Positions 7,864 to 17,600 of a stretch of 48,476 nt of DNA are shown in pieces; position 1 is the stretch's first letter; each line of letters begins with the position of its first letter. The stretch is from Candidatus Altiarchaeota archaeon (GTDB taxonomy: Archaea > Altiarchaeota > Altiarchaeia > IMC4 > SCGC-AAA252-I15): assembly GCA_043804895.1 (NCBI GenBank), contig JAZDIN010000015.1:1-48476 (forward strand), in the 5' to 3' direction. The notes under the pieces are model-generated. The model searched no databases. It saw nothing but the letters and a program-made list of their open reading frames with translations, and was not told the DNA's origin. The position numbers and the translations under genes are program-made.

Positions 7864-10146
7864 TTAGTGGAAATATGAGGTTATCTTTTGTTGTGCTTCT
7901 TCGCGGGTGATTATGTTGCCTCCGAATTTGCTTGCGTAGTCTCTTTTGAGGGTGGGGTTGGTGACGACGAACAGGTATTCGTCGTATTTCTGCATTACTG
8001 GGAGTTTTTCCTGCATGTTGTCGAGGCTTTTTTTGAGGCCGACGTCGGCTTCGACTTCGATTGCGACCATCTTCCCGCTTCTCGTCTCGAATGTTATGTC
8101 AGGCAGGCGGGTGTGGTGTAGGATTCCCTTGGTGGTGTATTTCTTGATCTCGTCGAGTAGGATGTATTGTAGGACGAAGTGTTCGTCTGTTTCGTCTGTT
8201 TCATTGTGGACGATGTAGAGTTCCGCGTTGCCGGATAGGTTTTTTATTCTAAGCTCCTCGAAACCCCTCTGGTCTAGGGCGGTTATCTGCTCGTCTGTGA
8301 GTTCCTCCTTCCTGTGCACCGGCTTGTTGATGTCGAACTCCTTCACGAGGTCGTCGCCTTGGGGACGGGTTATCTCCTCCCTCCCCAGCAAGTCATCGGG
8401 CTTGGTGGTTATTATCCTGTGTTCCTCCCCTGAGGCGTGGATGTATATGGGCACCCTCATGTTCTCAGCTATGAGTAGCGCCCGTCCCATGGTGGATATC
8501 TTCAGGAACCTTGTCTCAGCCTGGTTGAGGTGGAAGCGGTCGACTATCTGGTCTAGCACCGACGTGTCCTGTTTGAGGAGGAGTTTTGTGGAGGTGTTTG
8601 TGAGGACAGCCCTGCCAGCCCTTGACATTAGGACGTCCTCGACGTCCTGGGTTATCATCATGAGGGCGAGGTTGAATTTCCTACAGGTCTTGACGAGACG
8701 GAGTATGTATTCCGCCTGGTCGCCCGCGGATAGGACGGTCCACGCCTCGTCTATGACCAGGATTTTCCTGGTCTTCGACTTCTTCATCTGCGTGTACACG
8801 TATTCTAGGAGGAGGAACATGACTGTGCCCTTGCCGATGTCTGGAGCGTCCTTTATGTCGAAGCTTATCATCCTGTTGTTGATGTCTATCTTCGTGTGCT
8901 GGTTGAGGAACCTCATGGGGCCGAAGACGTAGCTTTTAAGTCGGTTGACGATGGCCATGGACGGCCCGTATATTATCTCCTTCTGGGATTTTGTGAGTGG
9001 GAGGACTTCGTTGTAGAGGTCTTCGAGTAGGGGCGGCTTCTTGCTCCAGGTCTTCGGATCCTTACTTATTCCCTTCTCCTCGTATGTCCTGTCTATGGTC
9101 TCGTCGAGTATGGCCCGCTGAGGCTCCGTTAGTTCGCCGAGTAGGCAGCGGAAGAACGCAAGGAGGGAGAGCTTCTTCTCGTCAAAGGTCTGGTCCATGA
9201 GGTCGAAGGGGTTTATGACGCTGTCGGAGTCGGGGGCTATGCGTATTACCTCCCCGTTGAAGGTCCTTATGAGGTCCGTGTACTCGGCCTGCGGGTCTAT
9301 AACGTTTATCGCCACGCCTTCCATGAACTCGCGCATGAGTATGAGCTTTATGGAGTAACTTTTCCCGCCGCCAGATGTTCCGAGGACTAGCACGTTCGGG
9401 TTGGAGAGTTGGAAGGGGTCTATGATTATCGGTATGCTGTTGTATTCGTTGAACCCGATGAGTATGCCGGTCGCGTGCTGCTCCAGAGAGGTTATGGCGA
9501 ACGGGAAGCATGCCGCTGCGGCGGAGGAGGTGATGTTGCGGGTCACGTGCAACTCGTCCACGCCTATTGGCATCACGCTCCTTAAGCCCTGGTACATCTG
9601 GTATGAGGGTATCTTCGGTATTATCATGATGCTGTTCATGGTGTCGCGTATCTGTTTGCTGATGCTGTCGAGGTCCTCCTTTGTGTAGGCTTTCGCATCA
9701 AGGTACACGGAGATGTCAAACATCTTCTCAGTGCCCTCCTGGATAAGCTGCAGCAGGGCCATCGTGTCCTGGTGCTGCTGTATCAGAGCTTGGGGGACTA
9801 TCTTCCCTTCGGTCTCGAATGCGTACAGGTCGGTCTTCTGCTTCTTCACCTCGTTCTCGAGGAGCTTTATGGTCGTGTCTATTTTGTAGGGGCTGATGTG
9901 TATCGCCAGGTCGAAGTCGAGGTTCATCTCGATGAGTCGCGTCAGCCAGCCTGGGTCAACGAGGCGGGGGAAGTTTATGGCGCATATAATCTGGTGGAAT
10001 TTCGTTATCTCAATGTAGGAGGGGTGCTGTATTATGGTCGAGGGGGAGGTGAGGTACTCTATGAGGCGGTCCTCGTATTCGCCGTAGGTCTCGGTTGCCT
10101 CCTTCTCAGCTGCCACCTTCTTGGAGGATAGGAACGGCAGGTTCAT
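7864..10146 (-). CDS. virB4: VirB4/TraE-like T4SS ATPase with C-terminal PD-(D/E)xK-like extension
   Basis: NPNVLVLGTSGGGKS (Walker A), VIDPQAEY, INPFD, ILVIDEAW (Walker B), RKFN..MITQ. Tail contains H..PDI..VAIEVE. Confidence 0.9.
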   Translation of the reverse strand: MNLPFLSSKKVAAEKEATETYGEYEDRLIEYLTSPSTIIQHPSYIEITKFHQIICAINFPRLVDPGWLTRLIEMNLDFDLAIHISPYKIDTTIKLLENEVKKQKTDLYAFETEGKIVPQALIQQHQDTMALLQLIQEGTEKMFDISVYLDAKAYTKEDLDSISKQIRDTMNSIMIIPKIPSYQMYQGLRSVMPIGVDELHVTRNITSSAAAACFPFAITSLEQHATGILIGFNEYNSIPIIIDPFQLSNPNVLVLGTSGGGKSYSIKLILMREFMEGVAINVIDPQAEYTDLIRTFNGEVIRIAPDSDSVINPFDLMDQTFDEKKLSLLAFFRCLLGELTEPQRAILDETIDRTYEEKGISKDPKTWSKKPPLLEDLYNEVLPLTKSQKEIIYGPSMAIVNRLKSYVFGPMRFLNQHTKIDINNRMISFDIKDAPDIGKGTVMFLLLEYVYTQMKKSKTRKILVIDEAWTVLSAGDQAEYILRLVKTCRKFNLALMMITQDVEDVLMSRAGRAVLTNTSTKLLLKQDTSVLDQIVDRFHLNQAETRFLKISTMGRALLIAENMRVPIYIHASGEEHRIITTKPDDLLGREEITRPQGDDLVKEFDINKPVHRKEELTDEQITALDQRGFEELRIKNLSGNAELYIVHNETDETDEHFVLQYILLDEIKKYTTKGILHHTRLPDITFETRSGKMVAIEVEADVGLKKSLDNMQEKLPVMQKYDEYLFVVTNPTLKRDYASKFGGNIITREEAQQKITSYFH

Positions 10147-11055
10147 CTACTGCACCTCCTTGGGCGTCGTCCTCTCAGAAGCCGCGCCCTTCAAGTCTTT
10201 TATCGGCTTGGGGGCGTCCTTCCACATCTTCCGGTACATGGTTATCGGGCTTATGTAGCTGTCGTACAATTCGAACGTGTCAGTGAAGTAGGACTTGTAG
10301 AGGTTCAGTATCTGCCTGTCGTTCAATCGCTCCGAGACTATGCCTGAGAGGGATAGCCTGGCAGTTACCTCCTCGCACTGCGTCGCAAGGCCGTCCAGCA
10401 TCAGCTTCTCGGTCACCCTCTTCTGGGCGGTTATGATTATGTAGAAGTGGCGGTCGTTTATCTTGTTCACCTTGATGTAGCTTCTCATGTATTCTGAGAA
10501 GTGCTCATAGTATGCGAGCGCTATCTTGTCGTCCCTTTGGGTTATCCGCCTCTTCAGGTGGCGCAGGTAGTCCTCCAGGTCAAGGTTCACTGAGCGCATG
10601 ACAATCTGTATAGGGAAGTTGAGAGAGTTCAGGAACTCCAGGAATCCGTATATCACCGTGTCCTTGTCCTGCTCACCCAATACTCCGAAGTTTATCGGCC
10701 GCACCTTAAGCACTCCGAGGGCTCGCCCGTCCTTGAGGAATACTGCATCGGCTCTGATCGACTTTACGCCCATCAGCTTCCGCGCCGCGGGTGAAATCCA
10801 TGAGGTCTTCTTAGTCTGCCGCAGGAACCCGACATAGTTGGTCAGCCATACTTCAAGGTTGAAGAACGCGAATCCGCCGCCAAGTAGCGCTAAGGCACCG
10901 GCTAAAGGAGTCTTGATGACTGGCGGCAGGTCAGTCTGGAAGTATATGAATCCCGCTCCGATGAGCCCTATTGCGAGGTAGAGGGACTGTTTTATAGTGA
11001 GTGGGCCGAGGAGGCGCTCCTCGTATCTTATGTTAGCAGGTATTGCATACGGCAT
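10147..11055 (-). CDS. PrgI/VirB3-like membrane protein with soluble C-terminal domain
   Basis: IPANIRYEERLLGPLTIKQ followed by two TM helices is the PrgI-type N-terminus; FLNSLNFPIQI in the C-terminal part. Directly upstream of virB4. Confidence 0.82.
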   Translation of the reverse strand: MPYAIPANIRYEERLLGPLTIKQSLYLAIGLIGAGFIYFQTDLPPVIKTPLAGALALLGGGFAFFNLEVWLTNYVGFLRQTKKTSWISPAARKLMGVKSIRADAVFLKDGRALGVLKVRPINFGVLGEQDKDTVIYGFLEFLNSLNFPIQIVMRSVNLDLEDYLRHLKRRITQRDDKIALAYYEHFSEYMRSYIKVNKINDRHFYIIITAQKRVTEKLMLDGLATQCEEVTARLSLSGIVSERLNDRQILNLYKSYFTDTFELYDSYISPITMYRKMWKDAPKPIKDLKGAASERTTPKEVQ

Positions 11056-11090
11056 TGTGGACTATTTTGTTTTGACTGTATAAATAAGTC

Positions 11091-12164
11091 TCAGGAGTAG
11101 TATTGGACTTCTTTGGACAGGGCAATCTGTCTTTTCATGTATTCTTCGAATCGCCTTTTCACCTCCCTCTCCTCCTCTTCGGTGAGCCGGTCGTATCCCC
11201 TCAGCTCCTCTTCCATGTCTTCGAGCCTGGCCTGTCCTTTTGCGACCGATTCATAGAATTTTTTGTCAGAGTATATCTCCTCGTCCACGTCGTCGAACAG
11301 GGACTCTATGTGTTTTTTTGCTTTTTCCTGGAACCATGTCATCTGGGCGGATTTCGGCATCCAGTATCCCATGAGCTGAGCCTGCCATCTGAGCGCCAGG
11401 TTGTCGTACAACCACATGGCTGTCTCGCGTTTCTTCTGGGGCATTAGGTCCCATGTCGTCAGGTAGGTGTACGGCATCACGCCGTATGCGCCGTCCCCCA
11501 TTGGGTTAAACCATTCCATCCCTGCCCTGTAATTGAGGGGGAGCTTTTTCGTGAACCTCTGGCGTAGCGCATACCTTGTGGCTTCGTCTACCCTCAACTG
11601 GGAGAGCTCCTTAGATTGGTCGCCTGTGAGCTGGCCCATGCCGTCGAGTATGCTGAGGTCGTTGAGGCGGTTGATGCGGTCCTGCGCCCTGGACTCCAAT
11701 GTCTTAAGGTCTTTGAGCATCCTCTCCTCGTCTGTTTTCTGCACCTTCCGGGCCCAGTGCATGTGGGCGAACATGTCCTTTTTTGTTGCCGTGCCTTTGT
11801 CCAATTTCTCGCGCAGTTGAGCCTCCTTATTCCTCGCTACCAATTCGGCCATCACTCCGAAGAATGATGTGGAATTCAGTTCCGGGGTCTTCCGCGCAGG
11901 CCTTAAACCCATGTCACCCATACCCCAAGGCCGTGGGGCACCGGACGGCGTGGAGTAGTTCGCCCCTTGGAGCCCGCCAGCCTGAGGGGGCCTCGCCTCA
12001 ATCAGCGGCCGCTCCTGCATCCTCGACTTAGTGCGCACATCCTCATCCTCCTGGCCAGCCAACCGCTCACCCTCCTTCTCCTCACGCTCCCGGGAAATCT
12101 TCCGAATCTCCTCCTCAGTCAACTCAATCTCCCGCTTCAAATCACGCTTAGGTTCATCAGCCAT
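11091..12164 (-). CDS. Hypothetical soluble helical/coiled-coil protein in the T4SS-like operon
   Basis: 357-aa ORF, co-oriented and tightly packed, charged helical segments at both ends. Confidence 0.75.
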   Translation of the reverse strand: MADEPKRDLKREIELTEEEIRKISREREEKEGERLAGQEDEDVRTKSRMQERPLIEARPPQAGGLQGANYSTPSGAPRPWGMGDMGLRPARKTPELNSTSFFGVMAELVARNKEAQLREKLDKGTATKKDMFAHMHWARKVQKTDEERMLKDLKTLESRAQDRINRLNDLSILDGMGQLTGDQSKELSQLRVDEATRYALRQRFTKKLPLNYRAGMEWFNPMGDGAYGVMPYTYLTTWDLMPQKKRETAMWLYDNLALRWQAQLMGYWMPKSAQMTWFQEKAKKHIESLFDDVDEEIYSDKKFYESVAKGQARLEDMEEELRGYDRLTEEEEREVKRRFEEYMKRQIALSKEVQYYS

Positions 12165-12185
12165 CTTATGTAAACTATCAACACG

Positions 12186-14159
12186 TTACCTATAATTTTG
12201 GTTCTCCCACTTCTTATATTCCTTTTCAGCTTTTTCAATCTCCTCAGCCGTCCCCTTCTCACGGAGTTGATCCCATTTTACCCCCTCTTGCTTGCAGATT
12301 TGAGCCCATTTAGCCCGCTCCATCTTACCCATCTGGTCCCATTTAAGGTTAGCCTGATTAGCTGCCTGCTCCGCCTTAGACCGTTCCGCTTCACCCATCT
12401 GCTCATACTCATTCCATGCTTCATTATCATGGTAGGCCTCATCAATCACGTCTTTGGTGGGCGGGGTTTCACCAAGATATTCTGGGCCTCCCCCTGTTTC
12501 TGAAGACTTTGGAGGATTGTCAAGCGCTTCATTCACTTCATCATCGAAACTCTTTGTTGTATCTGGAGCTTTATCATCTCCTTCGCGTGGGCCGCCTTTA
12601 GGAACATTGCCTGCGGAGTCGCTAGCGCTTGAACGATCTGGCATTTTTGGCGGGCCTTTTCCAGGTTCTGTTCTTTGCTTTTCTCCTTTTGGTTCTTTAA
12701 TGTCTTCGTCACCGTCTACGTTCTCCCCAAGAGTTGTTCTATTAAGATAATCTTCAAGAGTAGGTGGGCCTCCTTTTGATTGGCCGCCGCCTCCGCCCCC
12801 GCCACCTCCACCATAATCTCTGCCAACACCTCCGCCACCACTACCACCCCCACCTGAACCGCCGCCCCCTCCATAACCTCCGCCACCAGCTCCACCCCCA
12901 CCGCCGCCTCCACCTGAACCGTCGCCTGTCAAACCCGTGTCGCCTCTGGTTCCTCCTCCTGGGCCGCCTGCTGAGCCTCTGGCTGCTGTTGGTTGGGTTC
13001 CGATGGCCATGTTGGCTCTGCGTAGGGTCATCTCACGCCAGAATCCGGCATCAGCGTTCGCTATCGCGCCCGTGCCTCCGCCAGCCATTACTCCCCCGAC
13101 GGCCATCATCCATGTGTTGCCTGTTCCCATCCCCACAGACATTATGGCGTTGCCGAGCCATGACATCAAGTACCCCATCATGAGGGGGACGAGTATGAAG
13201 GCGAAGAGGCCTGCGATTACGATGATGGCTCCCATGATGAGGCTGGCCCGGTAGACTATGTTAGCGTACACTCCAGTGCCTGGCAGCACCCAGAGAGTCA
13301 TCTGCGATGAGATGTTGATGACGAATGCGAGTATGAGCGCCTGGAGGACTGGCGTGTAAATCCACTTTAGGGCGCTGTTATAGTATTTCTCCCCAGTCGG
13401 TTTAGTGACTTCGAATGAGTACATCGCCAGTATGAGCGGGAAGAATACTCCGTATATGAGGACGGTCACGTAACGGATTAACGCTATTAAGGCGGCGAGT
13501 AGGGCGATGGGTGCGGAAAGTAGCATGACAATGAGCGCCATGGACAGGTCTGAGTTGATTACCTTGTCTGACATGTCGCTTCCGATATCCCCACCAGCAG
13601 GGTTTGGGAACAGGGGTGCCGGCCTGATTTTGAAGAGGAAGAAGTTTATTTCCGTCATCTGGGAGTCTAGGAAGTAGTGCACCATGACAGAGGATGACTC
13701 CAGCATCAGCTGGTAGATTGCCGGAGCGGCGGCGACGACAACCATGCTGAAGATGAGTTTCAGGAACATGCTGCGCGCCCTCGCCCTCCCGCGCGGCGAC
13801 CCGGACTTCGTGAGGAAGAACAACGCTGTGAACGTCATGGCCACGCCGTAGAATGGCACGAGTATCCCGAGCCACTTGTTCATGAGGCTACTCATTCCGC
13901 CGGTGATATTGCACTCCGCGTCATATTCTGGGACACCTTCTGGTACGCAAAATAGGGTCGGATTCCATGTCAACACCGAGATTATAATCTCCATGCAGAT
14001 TTTGAAAACCCATCTTAGTATGTTAATGATCCAGTTTACGATGAGGACGAAATAGTTCACCTCGGCAGGCTTCTTCTCATCCTGGCCGCTGACAGTTACT
14101 ATGATTGCAGACAGGATGACCAGAGCCAGTATGACTGCAAGCGCATTACCTTTTTTCAT
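12186..14159 (-). CDS. VirB6/TrbL-like polytopic membrane protein with Gly-rich linker and acidic low-complexity tail
   Basis: Signal peptide, roughly 6-8 hydrophobic helices, then poly-Gly and an acidic/Pro-rich tail. Parallel layout to the N-terminus of the larger upstream gene. Confidence 0.75.
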   Translation of the reverse strand: MKKGNALAVILALVILSAIIVTVSGQDEKKPAEVNYFVLIVNWIINILRWVFKICMEIIISVLTWNPTLFCVPEGVPEYDAECNITGGMSSLMNKWLGILVPFYGVAMTFTALFFLTKSGSPRGRARARSMFLKLIFSMVVVAAAPAIYQLMLESSSVMVHYFLDSQMTEINFFLFKIRPAPLFPNPAGGDIGSDMSDKVINSDLSMALIVMLLSAPIALLAALIALIRYVTVLIYGVFFPLILAMYSFEVTKPTGEKYYNSALKWIYTPVLQALILAFVINISSQMTLWVLPGTGVYANIVYRASLIMGAIIVIAGLFAFILVPLMMGYLMSWLGNAIMSVGMGTGNTWMMAVGGVMAGGGTGAIANADAGFWREMTLRRANMAIGTQPTAARGSAGGPGGGTRGDTGLTGDGSGGGGGGGGAGGGGYGGGGGSGGGGSGGGGVGRDYGGGGGGGGGGQSKGGPPTLEDYLNRTTLGENVDGDEDIKEPKGEKQRTEPGKGPPKMPDRSSASDSAGNVPKGGPREGDDKAPDTTKSFDDEVNEALDNPPKSSETGGGPEYLGETPPTKDVIDEAYHDNEAWNEYEQMGEAERSKAEQAANQANLKWDQMGKMERAKWAQICKQEGVKWDQLREKGTAEEIEKAEKEYKKWENQNYR

Positions 14160-14691
14160 CAGCCCTCCTCCTCGTCAACGATGCCCCCCTCTTGTCCTCG
14201 GCGGCCTGCCGTTCAGCCTCCTCATTGACCTCCATCTCCCTTTTCTTCTTCTCCAGCTCCGCCACTGCCTCCATCGTCCCGGCCTCGTAGAGGTTTTGGA
14301 CGCGCTCTTCGGTGTATCCGGCTTTCTCCAGTTTTTCTATCAGTTTCCAGTATTCAGCGAGCATTTCCTTCCCATGAGTGTGTTCTTGTTCGGCTTTGTC
14401 GTGGAGTTCCAGTGGGATGGTGAGCTTGCATTTGCTGCAGTAGTATGCCATGTCACGGAGGGTGATGAAGTCCCGGCAGGAGGGGCATTGGTTCTCTTCA
14501 AATACTTTGTCCCAGTTTATCATCATCATGGGGGCATGGACTTGGGGGGAGCCGTATTTGTGCTTCAAGACCAGACGGCGTATCCCCTCATTAGCCTGCT
14601 CCTGCGCCACCCTCATGTGATCCCTCCTGAAATAATCCACCGCCTCCCGCTCCAACGAATCGTATTCCGGCATCTTAGGGGGTACCTCCAC
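14146..14691 (-). CDS. Zinc-ribbon (CPSC...CSKC) coiled-coil protein
   Basis: Two CxxC pairs. Overlaps both neighbours, suggesting translational coupling. Confidence 0.75.
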   Translation of the reverse strand: MEVPPKMPEYDSLEREAVDYFRRDHMRVAQEQANEGIRRLVLKHKYGSPQVHAPMMMINWDKVFEENQCPSCRDFITLRDMAYYCSKCKLTIPLELHDKAEQEHTHGKEMLAEYWKLIEKLEKAGYTEERVQNLYEAGTMEAVAELEKKKREMEVNEEAERQAAEDKRGASLTRRRADEKR

Positions 14692-17600
14692 TTTGTTGTC
14701 TTTTTAGTCGTATGCGCTCGGTTTCCGCGGCTATGAATCCAGCGTATCTTGTTGCTGCTTCGAATCGTTTGAAGTCGCCGCCAGTGATATGGTGTTTGGC
14801 TTTTTTTCTTTGCATCATTTCAGTAAATTCTTTCTCCAACTCCGGGTCGAGTGCAGAATATGCTGCTGCGAGTGTTATGTGGTCGTAGCCGAGGCGGTCG
14901 AAGTCCTTCTCCATTATGTCCAGGACTTTCCTGGCGTTTTCCTTTATTGAATCCGGATCTGGGTTGTGGATGATGTTGGCGACAACCTCCTCCTCCGCCC
15001 TACCGAGCGCATCATCCTCCCTGGAGATTCTCAGCGATTTGATCATTCTCTGTTCAGCTGGAGTGAGGTTTTGCATGGCAGCCTCCCGTATTTGGGGGAT
15101 TATTTCCTTAGCGTCCACGTGGCCTAGTTCGTGTCTCATGTAGTGTTCTTCAGCGCGTTGGAAGTAGCCGGCCTCGGTCATGTGGGCGATGTTTACTCCC
15201 ACATAGGCGCCTTTACCGTGTCTTTCAATCTTCTCCCACTTCCAGTCCATCCTCTCCCAGTATTTCCTGTCGACGTCGACTACCATGTGCGTGGGGTCAT
15301 CCCTGTCGTTGAAGAGTCTTAGGTGCCTCGTATGGCCGCCGGTGGCTTTTTCCCCCCTAAATGCAATCAGCTTCGTCATGAGGGCGTATTCTGCCCCGAG
15401 TTCAGCATCCTTAAGCTGGCGCATGTCCTGTTTGTCGATGTGGAACCTCTGATCAGCCTCCCGTAGCTCAGCTACCTCTAGTACTTGCCGCCTTATGTCA
15501 GGTATAGTCATCCCGGCCGTTGCAACACCCTGACTTTTAAGGTAGTCTTCAACTTCCTTGTCTGTTTTGCTTAGGATTTTTTCAAAACCCTTTGGAGGAG
15601 ACAGTAACAATTGAGATGCACGTATCTTGGCTACCAGGGCTTCTGTAATTTTTACTTGTTGCTTCATGGAATCTTCTGTTATCTTTATTGCTTGCTGCTT
15701 CATGGCCTTAGGAGTCAACCCAGCAACGGAAACACCATTACTTGTAAGGTAGTCTTCAACCTGCGCATCTGACATACGCTTAATGTCTTCAACTGTCGCT
15801 AAACCGGACAACCGTACTATCGCCTTTTCCTCAGTCTCCTCCCTATGCCTCTGTTTTTCCTCGTCGACTTTGGCCTTGATGTCGGCGGCCGCCTTCTCTC
15901 TCATCTGGTAGGCGGTGAGGCCGGCGACTGGGACGCCCTGTCTTATGAGGTGTCGTTCCAACTGTTTGTCTGACATGGAAACAATCTCGCTCGGGGTTGT
16001 GAGGCCTGCGTTCTTTGCTATAACGTCCGTTACCGTGATGGCCTTGTCGGCTGCAGGTCCCTGCTTGAAGTGGCCTGGAAGCTTCTCGTCCGGTTCTGTT
16101 GTGATTCCAGGATGGACCCAATCATTGTATGTTACTCTCCCGCCCGAGTACGCGTTTGTGATTGTGGAAGTCCTGTCGGAGTTCAACGGGTCCTGGATGA
16201 AATAGTGGCCGTCCGCAAGTTTAGCAGGGTCGATTTTAGTTGGGTCTACTACTTTCCACAAACGGGGGTCTTGACGTATCTCAGGTGGTTTGGTTGTGTC
16301 AATTTCGTAGATCTTGTCCGCCTGAGTGGAGAACTCCGTCAGTAACAATGTGGCCTTCCCGTTGACCACATTTGACGCATCGCCCATGGTCTTTGCAGTA
16401 ATACCATCAAGGCTTTTTAGTACACCTAATCTAGCATCGACTTCGACTACTTTGAGAACTCTCCCTTTAGTAAGCACTTCGTCTCCAGTCCTCTGGTTTC
16501 TTGTTGAAAAGGTAATCCCCTCAGGATTTTTCAGTTCATACTCTCTTCCTGTTTCAACCCAGTCTTCACCCGTCCTCTTACCCTGGATTTCAGCTAAGTC
16601 TTTAGCCCCCACGTATATGTTGCAGTCGCCGTCGCGGTGGATGCTCAGGTTGGGGACTGACTCCCCAGTGTCCAAGATCTTCGTCTCCATCTGGGTGGCC
16701 GCATTCTCCATAGCCCCGTCCAATCTCATGAACATCCGACGCTCCATCTTGCCAACAGGCTCCTGTTGACCTGACTGTTGATCGAACCTCTTTTTCCAAT
16801 CTGGGTCGAACCTTGTTTCCCAACTTTTGTCGTCGACTTTGAACATGCCGGTGTTTGCTGCGAATGCTCCTACGCCCCCGTTAGCATTCAGGAATGTCGT
16901 CTGATCCATACTGTCTTCGATCTTGTTGCTGCGCATGAACGCGACCGAGTAGAAGAGACTCCTCTCAGCAGCCTCACTCCAGTTGTCGATATCATCCTGA
17001 GTTCTTCCTTTCTTGAGCTCATCAACATGTCCTTGTATTTTATCAACTTCCGTTTTTTCGGTAGTGGTTAACGTGCCTTCATCGCGTTTTTTCACCAAGG
17101 CGTCTATATCCGCTGTTGGGCTGTCTTCCAATTCTTTGTAAAGGCTCCTTGGGACGCGTGCGGTCTCAAGGTACCTCTGGTGGAGTTCCGGGGCGAGCAT
17201 CTCGGCTTTACCCATCAACTCCATGTATGCGACAGTGTTCCCACGATACTCTGCCATTATATCATACATTGGCGTGACACCGAAACCAAGCTTGGTCATC
17301 GCAACCCCGAATTTATCCGCTAGTTCATTCTTACTTTTAGAGACTTTAGCAAGTTCAGCACTGACACGCGTAAGGTCTGCTGTCGTGGTTCCGCCGCTAG
17401 CCTGCATCGACTGTAGAGCCTTCTCCTGCTGGTCTAGTTTCTTGTATTGACCTATCATGCCATTAATCTGGCCCCGGGGGACTCTACTGAAGAGCGCCTC
17501 CCTAACGCTTAAACCCATCATCTTGGTACCAACCCAGTCTGTCAACGGCACAAGAGGCGGGGGGAGTATCATACCCCCGAGGGCCGCCAGCATGGCCCCC

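Noticed and set aside
7629-7910. ORFs across the palindrome cluster (7629-7910 +, 7646-7840 -)
   Set aside because: No motifs and atypical composition; the region is better explained as palindromic non-coding DNA.
12780-12920. (CCN)n low-complexity DNA as a repeat element or G-quadruplex signal
   Set aside because: Fully explained by the poly-Gly linker of the VirB6-like protein; the same applies at ~17960-17995.
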